64,000 bases of DNA, taken from the human T2T-CHM13v2.0 reference genome, Homo sapiens. Location: assembly GCF_009914755.1 (NCBI RefSeq), contig NC_060925.1; one strand, written 5' to 3'. Below are positions 1 to 17,054 of this stretch, piece after piece. Below the pieces are notes generated by a model. That model saw nothing but the letters and a program-made list of their open reading frames with translations, was not told the origin of the DNA and did no database searches. The number at the start of each line of letters is the position of its first letter. The stretch's first letter is position 1. Made by a program: the position numbers and the translations under genes.

Positions 1-701
<701 letters not shown>

Positions 702-1719
702 TTAGAGGGTTAGAGGTGACTTAAGTAACAGCACTCAGCATCTAGCACACAGTAGGCCCGGAGTGATCATTACTACTGGCTTACAGTGGCTTCGCCAGCA
801 CAGTCAGCCTCATGGGAAGGAGCACCCAAGTCTCAGGGCCACTCCCTGAGCACGTGTGAACTCAGCGGGATCCTTGCTGACTGGAGTCCCATGGGGAAGC
901 ATGACGGGGAGCCGGGAAGCGCTGGTCGTCCGAACGGGGCGGGAGCCTGGACAACAGGGGTACGAGGACCCAAAGCCTTCCCCTTGTTTCCTCCTCATCA
1001 ATTCTCAGCAGAGTGAGGGGTGAGGAGTTAGGCCCTAGGGAGCAGGAAACAAGCAGGGATCCGGCCACACACCCACCTTCACCTTGATCCCCGGCGGGAC
1101 GTCCCCACCCCTTCCCAGCAAGGCAGCCCTCAGGAGCTGCAGCCCAAGTGTCTCGCCTGGAGCTTCCAAGTGCAGAGCCTGATTTTTGAAGAACCACTGC
1201 CACACTCTGGCAAATGCAAGGAAGTCATTCTCGGTGCTGTGGCCTGGGGACCATCACGAACTGTCCTAGAGCGCAATCCGAATGCAAGCAGGGGAGAGGA
1301 GGCCCCAGCAGGCTGGATGCTGCTACGGGGAGTGACGGTCACCCCTGTGTGTCCAGAGCCCACTCCACGCCTGGAACGCAGTAAACACTGCATCGACAGT
1401 GGCCCTCCCCGCAGTCCCCCTTGCTCACCCCCTTAGCTCCTGAGCTCTTTATCATGCTTTCCGCGTGGCCCTGCTCTCACCTGACTGTAATCTGCATTTA
1501 TTCCCTGTCTCCAGCTGATCTGTGAGTTCCACAAAGGGGAGAAGCCACCTGCTGGGCGGTCTTGCATCTGTGGCAATGCCTTGTGCATAAACAAACCTTC
1601 GCTAAATGTTTGTTGAGCGAACAGAAGAGCGAATGATGCACACGAATATGGAGGTCTACTAATATGTGCTTAAGGAATTAAACCGGTGATGATAGAGATG
1701 AAAGAGGCGGGTAGGTCAT

Positions 1720-1752
1720 CGCAGTGCCTGCGGTAGGCACTAGATGGCGCCC
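1720..1752 (+). promoter_or_regulatory. CTCF site with upstream (U) motif
   Basis: CGCAGTGCC-5nt-TAGGCACTAGATGGCGCCC. Confidence 0.75.
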
Positions 1753-1903
1753 AAGCACACCAAGAAGGCGCTGAGAGGCGGGCCGAGCAGCATGAGTTTT
1801 TGGTATAGGGGTTTCCTGGAAGATTGAAGCAGTTTATCTATGAGGGCCCCTTGACTGAAAGTCTAAGATCTGGTACAAATAAGCCAGGATCAGCGGGACA
1901 TGC

Positions 1904-2429
<526 letters not shown>

Positions 2430-2465
2430 CACACAGCTTGAGCTGTTGTTCCAGAGAAGCCGTGA

Positions 2466-3698
<1,233 letters not shown>

Positions 3699-4056
3699 TT
3701 AAAAATTAGCTTAGCCCTAAAGGTCTATGAATTGATGGTAAGTAATTTAATTGGAGATGAGTATGTGAGGAGACAAAGGAAGAAATGTTACCCTCTCCAC
3801 TGAGCACAGCTAATACCGCAGATAGGAAAGAGCTTTCAGCATATTCACTGATTGGAGTCGTGTTTACATTCCTGTTGTCAACTGGAAATATTTGCTTGTT
3901 TAAAGGAAGCTTCCTGAGTGTCATCTAATTGTTAAATCTCTGTTCTGAGGGAAAGTTCTAGGTGTAGACCCACACCGCACAGTTCGTAAGTGACCATGTG
4001 CTAAGGCAAGGCACAAACTCGCCTTAGCTGCTAAATTATTTTCTTTCACCATAAAA

Positions 4057-4116
4057 CTGCAAACAGTACTGCAAACAAATCTGCAAACAGTACTGCAAAC
4101 AAATCTGCAAACAGTA
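4057..4116 (+). repeat. Alternating 12-mer minisatellite (CTGCAAACAGTA/CTGCAAACAAAT)x2.5
   Basis: Five 12-bp units read directly. Confidence 0.9.
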
Positions 4117-4843
4117 CTACTATCAGCAAAATCATCCATTATTTTTCCATGTTAGCATTTTTTAAGCCACTATTCTCAGAAACAAAACAAAACCTTTATT
4201 TGTGTTTAGACATCATCAGTTAGCATCATAAAAACCTTTGATTAAAGCAAAATTAGGCCATTGGTAATAGACTCACAAAAACCATTGGGGAAAAAACTGC
4301 TTCATCCTTTGAGCTACTCTCTACTTTGCAATCCAGTTTTTTAAATAAGGTTTCTAAATACACAACATGAGTAGTGACCTGCTGGTGTTTCTAGCTTGGA
4401 AGAAAGCCATGGAAGCCTGTCCCTTGGTCCACTTAGGAGAGAAGAGAGAGACAAGGCAGCCGAAAGTTCTCCAAAGTGGAGGTGCCCTTCTACAATGCTA
4501 GACAGCCCGAGCATACTCTTCACTCTTTTTGTTTGTTTTTGTTTTCGTTTTTGTTTGAGACACAGTCTCGCTCTTGACACCCAGGCTGGAGTGCAGTGAT
4601 GCGATCTGGGCTCACTGCAACCTCCACTTCCCAAGTTCAAGCTATTCTCCTGCCTCAGCCTCTTGAGCAGCTGGGACTACAGGCGCCCGCCACCATGCCC
4701 AGCTAATTTATGTATTTTTAGTAGAGATGGGGGTTTCACCATGTTGGCCAGGCTGGTCTCGAACTCCTGACTTCAGGTGATCCACCCGCCTCAGCCTCTC
4801 GAAGTGCTGGGATTACAGTACAGGCATGAGCCACCGCGCCTGG

Positions 4844-5226
4844 TTTGTTTTTTTTCTTTCAGATTTTATGGCTTTATTTAAACACAAATAATATGTACAC
4901 ATGGCTGCCCATTCATTTTCTTGGCGGGGCAGCCCAGCATTGGGATTGCTGACTCTGACGGCAGCTGGGCTGCTCTTCCCGAAACAGCGTTGCGGTTCTT
5001 GGTTCTTGGAGGAGGCACGGCGAGCGGTCCCTGCACAGTCAGATTCACTGCCCATCAGCAGCACTTCCAGTTTCTTGATGTAGTGGACCAGGAACTGGTC
5101 TAACTGGTGCCAGATGAAGTTTTTGATCCTCTTTTGGATGCTCTTGGGCTCCATGAGGGGTCTGAGGGAGCCATCATTCAGAGTAGGAGATAAATGTCAC
5201 CTCCGTAGACAGAACCAAGGAAAGGG
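4844..5226 (-). pseudogene. RPL32 processed pseudogene with internal deletion
   Basis: 5'UTR (CTACGGAGGTG), ATG 5172-5174, KRIKNFIWHQLD/QFLVHYIKKLEVLLM...VRVSNPNAGLPRQENE similar to RPL32; 3'UTR with AATAAA (4873-4878) and A-tail; no introns. Confidence 0.92.
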
Positions 5227-5734
5227 TTTTTTTTGTTTTCTGGGGGTTTGTTGTTGTTTTTTGAGGCGGGATCCCATTTTGTTGCCCAGGTTATGCAATC
5301 ATAGCTCACTGTAACCTCAAACTGGCGGGCTCAAGCCATCCTCCTGCTCGTCTCTCCAGTAGCTGGGACTACAGGCACATGCCATCATGCCCGGCTAATC
5401 ATTTTTAAAAAATTTTTTGGCCGGGCGCGGTGGCTCACGCCTGTAGAATCCCAACACTTTGGGAGGCCGAGGCGGGTGGATCACCTGAGGTCAGGAGTTC
5501 AAGGCCAGCCTGGCCAACATGGCGAAACCGCGTCTCTACTAAAAATACAAAAAGTTAGCCAGGCGTGGTGGCAGGCACCTGTAATCCCAGCTACTTGGGC
5601 AGGAGGCTGAGGCAGGAGAACTGCTGGAACCCAGGAAGCGGAGGTTGCAATGAGCCGAGATCGTGCCATTCCACTCCAGCCCGAGCAACAAGAGCAAGAC
5701 TTCGTCTCAAAAAAAAAAAATTTTTTTTTTGTAG

Positions 5735-5872
<138 letters not shown>

Positions 5873-6479
5873 TAGACTTTTTATTTCTACCTCTGCCAAT
5901 AGTTTTTGGGAGTTTTATTTGCTGTTTGTTTGTTTTTTAGAGGCAGAGTCTCAATATGTCCTGGGTAAATTCTTATGAGATCAGACCCTATTCCCCAATG
6001 AAAGACTGAAATAATTAAGGCTGCGCAATGGTCCTCACTTGGGAGAGGGACAGCCCACTTCAGCGAGACACAGCGCCCCGCAGACTGTGCACCTATGGGA
6101 TCAGAGCTCTCTGGTGACACTCAACAGAGATGGACCCAAACTCTAGGGAGGGAGGAAGGAGGAGGAAAGGAAGGAAGGGAGGGAGGTAAAGAGGAAGGGA
6201 AGGAAAAAGAGAGGGAGAGGGGGAGGAAACGGGGAGAAAAGAGAAGGAATGACCTCTGAGACAGAGGAGTTGGCTTGGGTGGGTTGCAGGCACAGTGATT
6301 TTCCTCCCACCACTGGCTCCACGTGGAGTGGGGGCTGAATGGATGACTCTCCAAAATTAAATTGGGGTGCTATTCCCAAAGTCAGGGAGAAGGACTTCGG
6401 ACAGGCAAGAAACATGTGCCCAGGGAAGCGCCCACCTGCAGGAGTGGGCAGGCAAGCTTGGTGGCGTGAACAATATTAG

Positions 6480-6701
<222 letters not shown>

Positions 6702-6930
6702 TAGAGAGATGAGGTCTCTCTATGTTGCCCAGGCTGATCTCAAACCCCTGGCCTCAAGCGATCCTCTCACCTTGGCCTCCTAAAATGCCGAGGTTACTGG
6801 CCAATATATACCCAGTTCTTAACATGATTTTAAACTTTGGTCTTGGGTCCAACTAAATCAGATGAGTGGCCAGGCCCGGTGGCTCCCACCTGTGCTCCCA
6901 ACACTGTGGGAGGCCGAGGCAGGTGGATCA

Positions 6931-7188
<258 letters not shown>

Positions 7189-7192
7189 TTAG

Positions 7193-7606
<414 letters not shown>

Positions 7607-9279
7607 TAGCAAAAAGGAGAGATACTCAATAGACTATAAAACTCCACATTAAAATACGAAAATCCGGACTACAAGAGTAACACCAAAGAGAGACTGGACA
7701 GATTCTACAGGAAGGTTTACAAATAATTTCCTTCCCACAGTCAAATTATTCTCCTCTCTGGCTTTTCCAGAAAAATGCTGGCAATTAAAAAGGTGTAAAT
7801 AGGACAAAATCTAGGAAAGAAAATGTCCCAAACAGGAGTAAGGCCAAAAGGTCCCCTCTCCCTCCCACTTTTGGGGATTGACAATCCCCTGTAGCTACTT
7901 TGTAAACTTAAAAGTCTCGGAGTGGGTGAGAAGGGATCACCGGCTCAACATGTTCTTTTCCCCAAGCGGCCATAGCATCTGTCAGCAGGTCTCCCCGCCA
8001 GGCAAATAAGCGGCTTGCGGGCCGGCCCTGCACACCTGCAGCTGCTGGTTGCTCTGGCAACCGAGACCCAAGCCCAGGCCTGCAGCGGCCTTGCGCAGAT
8101 GTGCTTCCTCTGGTTGTCAACGCAGGAAAAAGAATTGAGTGTGAAACACTCAGGATCTGTGAGAAACTATGTGATCTGGAAAGAAAAATCTCTGCAAACC
8201 TTTTTGATGCAAAAGACACTGTGAAATGGGCGTTAGTGAGAATTTCACGTTCCCACAGTGTGATGGGTGTTTTGCAGAGTCATGTGGCAATGTTGGGGTC
8301 AACAGCTGATCCAGTTCATTCCTTTCTCAGTTAAAGAGTCCAGGGAGGGCGGCTGACTTTGAAAGGGAAACAGGACTGAACCCTAGGTCTCTTGAGCCTT
8401 GTTTCTGGCAGATCCTCCACTAGCAATGAATTTTTTTTTTCTTTTTTTCTTTTTTTCTTTTTTTTTGAGAGGGAGTTTTGCTCTTGTTGCCCAGGCTGGA
8501 GTGCAATGGTGCGATCTTGGCTACTGCAACCTCCGCCTCCCCGATTCAAGCGATTCTCCTGCCTCAGCCTCCCGAGTAGCTGGGATTACAGGCATGTGCC
8601 ACCACACCCGGCTAATTTTTGTATTTTTATTAGAAACGGGGTTTTGCCACATTGGTCAGGCTGGTCTCGAATTCCTGACCTCAGGTGATCCGCCTGCCTC
8701 AGCTTCCCAAAGTGCTGAGATTACAAGCGTGAGCCACCACGCCCGGTCCTGGCAATGAATTTTGAACCTCCTTTAAGTTTAACCACCTCCCTCCAGGAGT
8801 ATCTAATAGCGTGTTCTCACAGAGCTAGTCCAAACCCTGGAAGTTCTGATGGCTCCCCATCCAACTGTGAAGAGAGGTCAACAGGCCACATATTGGCTCT
8901 AGACAGAGACATGGGATAAGGACTCATCTCAGTGACATGAGAAAAAAAGGGAATGAAGATTGTCTATGAAAGGAAAAAAATGAAAACTAAGAAATATTGA
9001 GAAGGAGGGCCTGGTGCAGTGGCTCATGCCTGTAATCCCGGCATTTTAGGAGGCTGAGGTGGGTGGATCACTTGAGGTCAGGAGTTCCAGACTAGCCTGA
9101 CCAACAGGGTGAAACCCCGTCTCTACAAAAAAAAAAAAACCCACAAAATTAGCTGGGCATGGTGGCGCATGCCTGAAATCCCAGCTAGTTGGGAGGCTGA
9201 GGCAGGAGAATCACTTGAACCCAGGTGGCGGAGGTTGCAGTGAGCTGAAATCATAAGAGGGAAACTGCAACTCAAAAAA

Positions 9280-9450
9280 AGGAAGGGAAGGGGAGGGGAG
9301 AGGAGGGGAGGGGAAGGGAGGGGAGAGGAGGGGAGGGGAGGGGAGGGGGAGGCGGAGGTAGGGAAGGGGAGAGGGAGGGAGGGAGGGAGGGAAGGGAGGA
9401 AAGGGAGGAAAGGAAAGAAAATAAAGAAAGGAAAGATTGAGAAGGAAAGA
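9280..9450 (+). repeat. Polypurine (GGGGA/GGGA)n low-complexity tract
   Basis: Almost pure G/A run following an Alu tail; a similar tract lies at ~6145-6250. Confidence 0.9.
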
Positions 9451-10350
9451 ATAAAGCAGAAGTAGAAAACAGCCCTGAGCCTTGGAGTCATAGGAAATTT
9501 TTTATCAGAGGTGTTGATTCTTCCTGTTTAATCCTGGTGGGTTAGCATTTTGTGAACAAGTCTTTCCCTTTTGCCTTGGCTACCAGGAAGCTCAGCGCTA
9601 AACTCTGGGTTAATTACAGCAGTTTTCCTTAGCCTCAGTTTTCTTCTCCCTGCATTACTGCAAATCCTTTCTGGAAGTAGGTAGGAAGACAGCATTTGTG
9701 ATTTTCTTGCTACCTATCTATTCCCCCTGTTTTGACAGCTGGACACCAAATTCCCTCCAGGAAACTATCCTTCTCCTACTCTTAGCCCGTGTGCTTGGGA
9801 CAGAGGGTTCCAACTCCATCTCAGGAGTGACGCATGTGAGATGGGTGTGAGTCAAGCAGTTCTGCCAGCTGCCTTGCCACAGTGCTTCAATTTTAGGCAG
9901 ATCTATGAGCCAACTGGAGCCAAAGAGACGCAAAGAACAGTTTGTCAGGAATCACAGGATAGAAATTGTTGCCACTAGACTTGAAATTGGAAGGACATGA
10001 GTCTGAAGCTACCACAGCTGTATTGGGACCAGGAGGGAAGCATCTGCCCAAAACTACAGCCCAATCAAGAGGTGAGACCTGAAGGATGAAGAGAGAGAAA
10101 GAAACCAGATCCAGCTGTACCTGAAGCCCACCCTGCTGTCAAACAACAAAGTCCCCTTCTGCTTCAGTTTGCCTGGGTCTATAAGCATGGACAAAACACC
10201 TTACTTTGCTTTCTCTTACTCTATGAAGGGTACGTGGTTATGGCCAAATATGTAAAAAATACAGGAAAGTATAAGTAAGAAAAATCCGGCCGGGCTCAGT
10301 GGTTCATGCCTGTAATCCCAGCACTTTGGGAGGCCAAGGCAGGCAGATCA

Positions 10351-10870
<520 letters not shown>

Positions 10871-11138
10871 TTAAGCCGCACGACAGGAGTTTGTAGCTCA
10901 TTTCTGTTTAGCTGTAGAGAGTAGTTCTAGCAGGCTTTTGACTTAGATTTAAGGATTTTTTTTTCTCCTCCCACATTCAGAAGCCATAAATCTGTACTCC
11001 AGGAAGCCAGAGGCATAGTATGAGGAGACAATCCCTATTCTGGGCTTGGCCCAGAATCAAACGCCTTTTTGCTAGAACAGCTGAGCTGGCTGAGGGAGCC
11101 GCCTGTCTCAGAGGAGCAGCTGGCATTTCAGGTGTGCC

Positions 11139-11583
<445 letters not shown>

Positions 11584-12009
11584 TTAGAACTCAAACCCAA
11601 GCCCCTGCTTCTAAAAACCGTGTTCGTTCCGCCACCCCACAGCTGCCCCTCTATTTTTGTAGGGTGATTCTACAGAACTGGGAAGGTAAGGAGTTGTAGA
11701 AACCCTCTGCCACATTTTATTCTTTGCCTTTCGTAGAAAAAGATCATACTTACGTTGCTTTGACTCACTCTGAAGATTAACCTGGAATTGCGTCTCTTCT
11801 TGGACAAGTCAGAAGTCCTTTCAACTATCCTTTTCAATTATCTTCTCCTGTCTGGTAGTTTCCCATCTAGAATTTTAATTCACGAAGACTGGAAACAGGA
11901 CTTCACAAAATGTCATCCTGGCACATTTTCCAGGAGGAACGGTTTTATTTATAAACAAATAATCGGAGCATTTTCATTTCGCTATGATGATCGCTGTAAT
12001 TGGCAGAAT

Positions 12010-12320
12010 CACAGTCGCGCTGGGGCTCGAGGCTCCCGGAGGCCGGGGGGTAGGCACGGCGCGGACGCACCCTAGGATCGCCGCCAGAGGGCGCCAGCGC
12101 GCTCCTTCGCGTCTGCTGCTGCCCTGATGAAAACGCTCACAGCGCACGCGGTACAGACGGAGCAAATCCTATGAACTTCTCCAGCCCAGTTTAGAACAAG
12201 GGAAAGGGGAGCGCGCGGTACCGGCTGTCCACTCCGCGGTCCTCCTGGCTCAAGTCACCCTGAGTCTTCCCCCAGCTGACAAAGGCGATCGGACGCACAG
12301 CCAGGACCCAGAACCGTGGA
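12010..12320. promoter_or_regulatory. Small orphan CpG-rich island with CTCF motif (12078-12096)
   Basis: Dense CpGs outside repeats; TCGCCGCCAGAGGGCGCCA. Confidence 0.65.
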
Positions 12321-12545
12321 TGGATCCACTTTGCCAATATATTGAAAAAACTGATGCCATGTTGAGAGAAGAGAGAAATCTATTTTTGTAAGAAATGTTA
12401 CTTTACACATACTTTGCTGATTTTTGATCTCAAAAAACCCAAAACCTGGTGTAGTGTCCAGTAACTCAGTTGCCTGGAGCCCTATGCAATGAGACTGAAT
12501 TTCCATGGGGCCCGGTTAGTAGCTTTAAATCATTTTCAGGCAAGG

Positions 12546-12548
<3 letters not shown>

Positions 12549-12594
<46 letters not shown>

Positions 12595-12616
12595 ATATAC
12601 ACAGAGAGAGAGAGAG
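12549..12616 (+). repeat. (CA)n microsatellite followed by (GA)n
   Basis: ~22 uninterrupted CA units. Confidence 0.95.
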
Positions 12617-13322
12617 CTCACCTGGTACTTCTCTTTCGTTTCATGGTGACACATTACAGTGCACACAACTTGACCAGCTTACAGGTGCTAGAAATGGAAG
12701 TCTGAGGCTGACAACTCAAGGGTGTGTGTGTCAGGGGCAACAGCTCCGTAGATGGGTATTATTAACTATAATTACACCAACCCAGCCTCTTTTGAAAATT
12801 GATCAGAGATGCTTTTTCTTGTCTTGATGAGTAGGTCGGAGTAATTATCATTTGCACTGGGAAATAATACCATTGGTTCTAGGGCTGATGTCTGCAAAGC
12901 TGGCTTCACTGTTTCTTGGACTTGTCTTTCATCACATACCTCAAGTCTCTCTGAGAAAGAAACTAATTCACTATTGTTTCTCCGCTGTGGGAGAGGAAGG
13001 CTGTGGGTAGGGAGTAAACTATAACCGAGATGTACACTTACTGTATTTCATGGTGGTTAGTGCCCTGGAACCAACGTTTTTGTTTCGTTTTTCAAATGCA
13101 ACAGTCTGACAGGTTTTACTAATACTAGCCCTCATCTGGCTTTTACTGAGGTGTCTGTCTCGTGTTACAAACCATTCTGTGTACTGAGGATACAGCAGTG
13201 AAAAACAGTTAAAAAAAAAAAAAAAAAAAAGCCAGGCGCAGTGGCTCAAGCCTGTAATCCCAGCACTTTGGGAGGCCAAGAAGGGCCGATCACTTGAGGT
13301 TGTGAGTTCAAAGCCAGCCTCA

Positions 13323-13554
<232 letters not shown>

Positions 13555-13684
13555 TTACCCAAAGTCAGTCAGCAAATGAGTCAGAATTCAAGCCACAATA
13601 GCTATTATTCACACTAGTCACTCCTAAATTTTTGTATTTAGTGACAGTGTTTAAATTGAGCTAAGAATGTCTAACAGTATCTGA

Positions 13685-14089
<405 letters not shown>

Positions 14090-14356
14090 TAAAAATCTGT
14101 CACCTGTGAAAGTAGACTAAATTCCAAGTCGTCAAAGTTCTGAATAAGCTGCCTACCTGGACTGCTGATCTGTAGTTCATCTAGCTCAAGGGAAAGCTAA
14201 GAAACAAAACAATCCTGTCTTTTAAAAAGGTTTGGGAAAAGCAGGGTATAGACGGGGCCACAGAGCACCCTTAAATGTTGAACTATAATGACACCTAAGT
14301 CATCCCTGTATTTGGCAAGTTTCCATGAAAGGGTGGTTCAAAATGACTCTTAATTA

Positions 14357-14692
<336 letters not shown>

Positions 14693-16172
14693 TTAGGTTA
14701 GGAGGCTATCAAGAAATATGCAGAAAGCTAAATAGATCCCTTCCCTTCTCCTGTTCTCAAACTTACACTATTTCTAATAACCAAGTGAGTTAAGTGGGTT
14801 TTAAAATAGATTACTCCTCACAATGTTTCTTTCCTTCCACTTACCTGGCATGTGTAATCCCAAAGAATCTTTTAAATTTTGTGGTGAAAAATCCCATTTC
14901 TGTTCATTTGGATTTCCATTCATTATTTACTAGGCATTTAACTATGCTCTATGCTGGGGAATCCGATGGTCAGTAAGACATGCCTTGGGAGCTGTCTGGT
15001 AGGAAAGATGGACAAGTCACCAGGAAGTGACAGTAGACATTGGTAAATGCCATAGGAATATCCCAGGAATGGAGATACCAGCATCATCAACATGGGGCAC
15101 AGAACCCTGGACCTGGGCCGGCTACATTAAGACTCTCTCAATGAGATGGTAAAATCAGGGACTATTTTGTTTATCCAGCTATCTGGGGTGGTAAGCACAG
15201 TTGCCCAAGGCATAGGGAGCCCCGCAGGAGGACAGCTGAAGAGGAAGGCACATTTGGGGGAAGGATGGCACATGAGGTGAGATCGGAGTTAATCAGGCCA
15301 GATTATGAGGGCCTCGGATGCCATACGAGGGACATGATGTTTCAGATCAATTCCTCAGGCAGCTGTGTGGATTGGCGATGGGACCTGCAATAACTCTGGG
15401 TTACCTAAAATAGTGGCAGTGAGGCTGGAAAGAAGTGGGACAGGAGGAAGTCATCAGCTACAGGTGGCTGCTGAAAGCAGAGAGGGAGAAATCACCCAGG
15501 AAGAATGGAGACACCAGGGGAAGCTTCTAGATAAAACAGCATCTCTTGGCTGAGCTAAAAGAGGAGCAAATTTGTCTTTTCTCTTTATGAGACAGGGTCT
15601 CACTCTGTTGCCCAGGCTAGAGTATAGCAGTGCCATCACGCCTCACTGCAGCCTCGAAGTCCTGGGCCCAAGCGATCCTCCCACCTCAGCCTCGTGAGTA
15701 GCTATGACTACAGGTGTGCTCTACATCCAGCCAATTTTTTCACATTTTTGTTGAGACGGGGTCTTCTGACCAGGCAGGGTGGCTCACGCCTGTAATCCCA
15801 ACACTTTAAAAGGCCGAGGAGGGTGGATTACTTGAGGCCAGGAGTTCGAGACCAGCCTGGCCAACATGGCGAAACCCGTCTCTATGAAAAATGCAAAAAT
15901 TAGCTGGGTGTGGTGGCGCATGCCTGTAACCACAGCTGCTTGGGAGGCTGAGGCATGAGAATTGCTTGAACCTGAGAGGCATTCCAGCCTGGGCAATAGA
16001 GACTAACAAAACAGACAAGTTCTGGAACTCCTAGCCTCAGGTGATCCTCCCACCCCTTGGCCTACCCAAAGTGCTGGGATTACAGGTGAGCATGGCACCT
16101 GGCTTAAGGAGTTCTGGCAGAGGCCCTACTCCCTGCCCTGCATCCTGTCTCCCATGGCCTCTGGCTCTAGCC

Positions 16173-16379
16173 CAAGCTTGTCCAACCTGTGGTCCAGGGC
16201 AGCTTTGAATGTGGCCCAACACAAACTTATAAGCTTTCTTAAAACACCATGATTTTTTTTTTTTTTTTTTTTTTTTTAGCTCATCAGCTATTGTTAGTGT
16301 TAGTGTATTTTATGTGTGGCTGAAGACAATTTTCTTCTTCCAGTGTGGCCCAGGGAAACCAAAAGATTGGACACACCTG
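16173..16379. mobile_element. MER30 hAT-Charlie MITE
   Basis: Terminal caagcttgtccaa..ttggacacacctg with perfect 8-bp TSD CTCTAGCC (16165-16172/16380-16387). Confidence 0.85.
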
Positions 16380-17054
16380 CTCTAGCCAACGTTCATTCCA
16401 GCCCTCCTGTGTCAATCTGCTCTTCAACTCAGCCTTTCAACACACTCAGGTCCTGCTTACCTGGGCAGTTTGTGGCAGGAGCTGTGGAGGCTAGGGCATA
16501 CCCCCTTCCACCCTCTCCAAAGCATTACTTTTACTATTAATATAATAACTTTGGAGGTGGCAAAGAGAAATTTATGTTAGAGCAAAATTACAAAAACTCT
16601 CATAGATCTGATACTGATGACTTGTACACTTCAGATCATTATCAGTGATGTAGAATACAACGTATTCTCAGCTAGCACGTTCTGCTACCAATTAGCTGCT
16701 TTTTACAGTGCTAACGTACACATTCTGTCACCTTAACACAGCTGGTTTCTCTAACAAGCCTTCATGTTTCGCACGTCAGCACCACCACCACTGGGCTCCT
16801 CTCACGAACCTGTTGTAACGGGCCTCCCAGGTGACTGCTATCTCCTGACGCTGGGCCCACCACCACCTGGAAGCCCTCAGGCGCTGACACTACCACAGGG
16901 ATTTTCTTCACCTGGAATCTGAAGCAAATGTGCATTCTTCTGGCAGGGAAGCCTGCGGCCCTAGACATCCTCAAAGACGTTAACAACAAAAAACCCACAG
17001 CTTTAGACTCAATAAATTCAGCAGAGTTCACTTCTCCAAACATACGCCAAGCCA

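Noticed and set aside
786-1436. Cluster of short overlapping ORFs in GC-rich unique DNA
   Set aside because: No recognisable protein similarity or consistent splice structure
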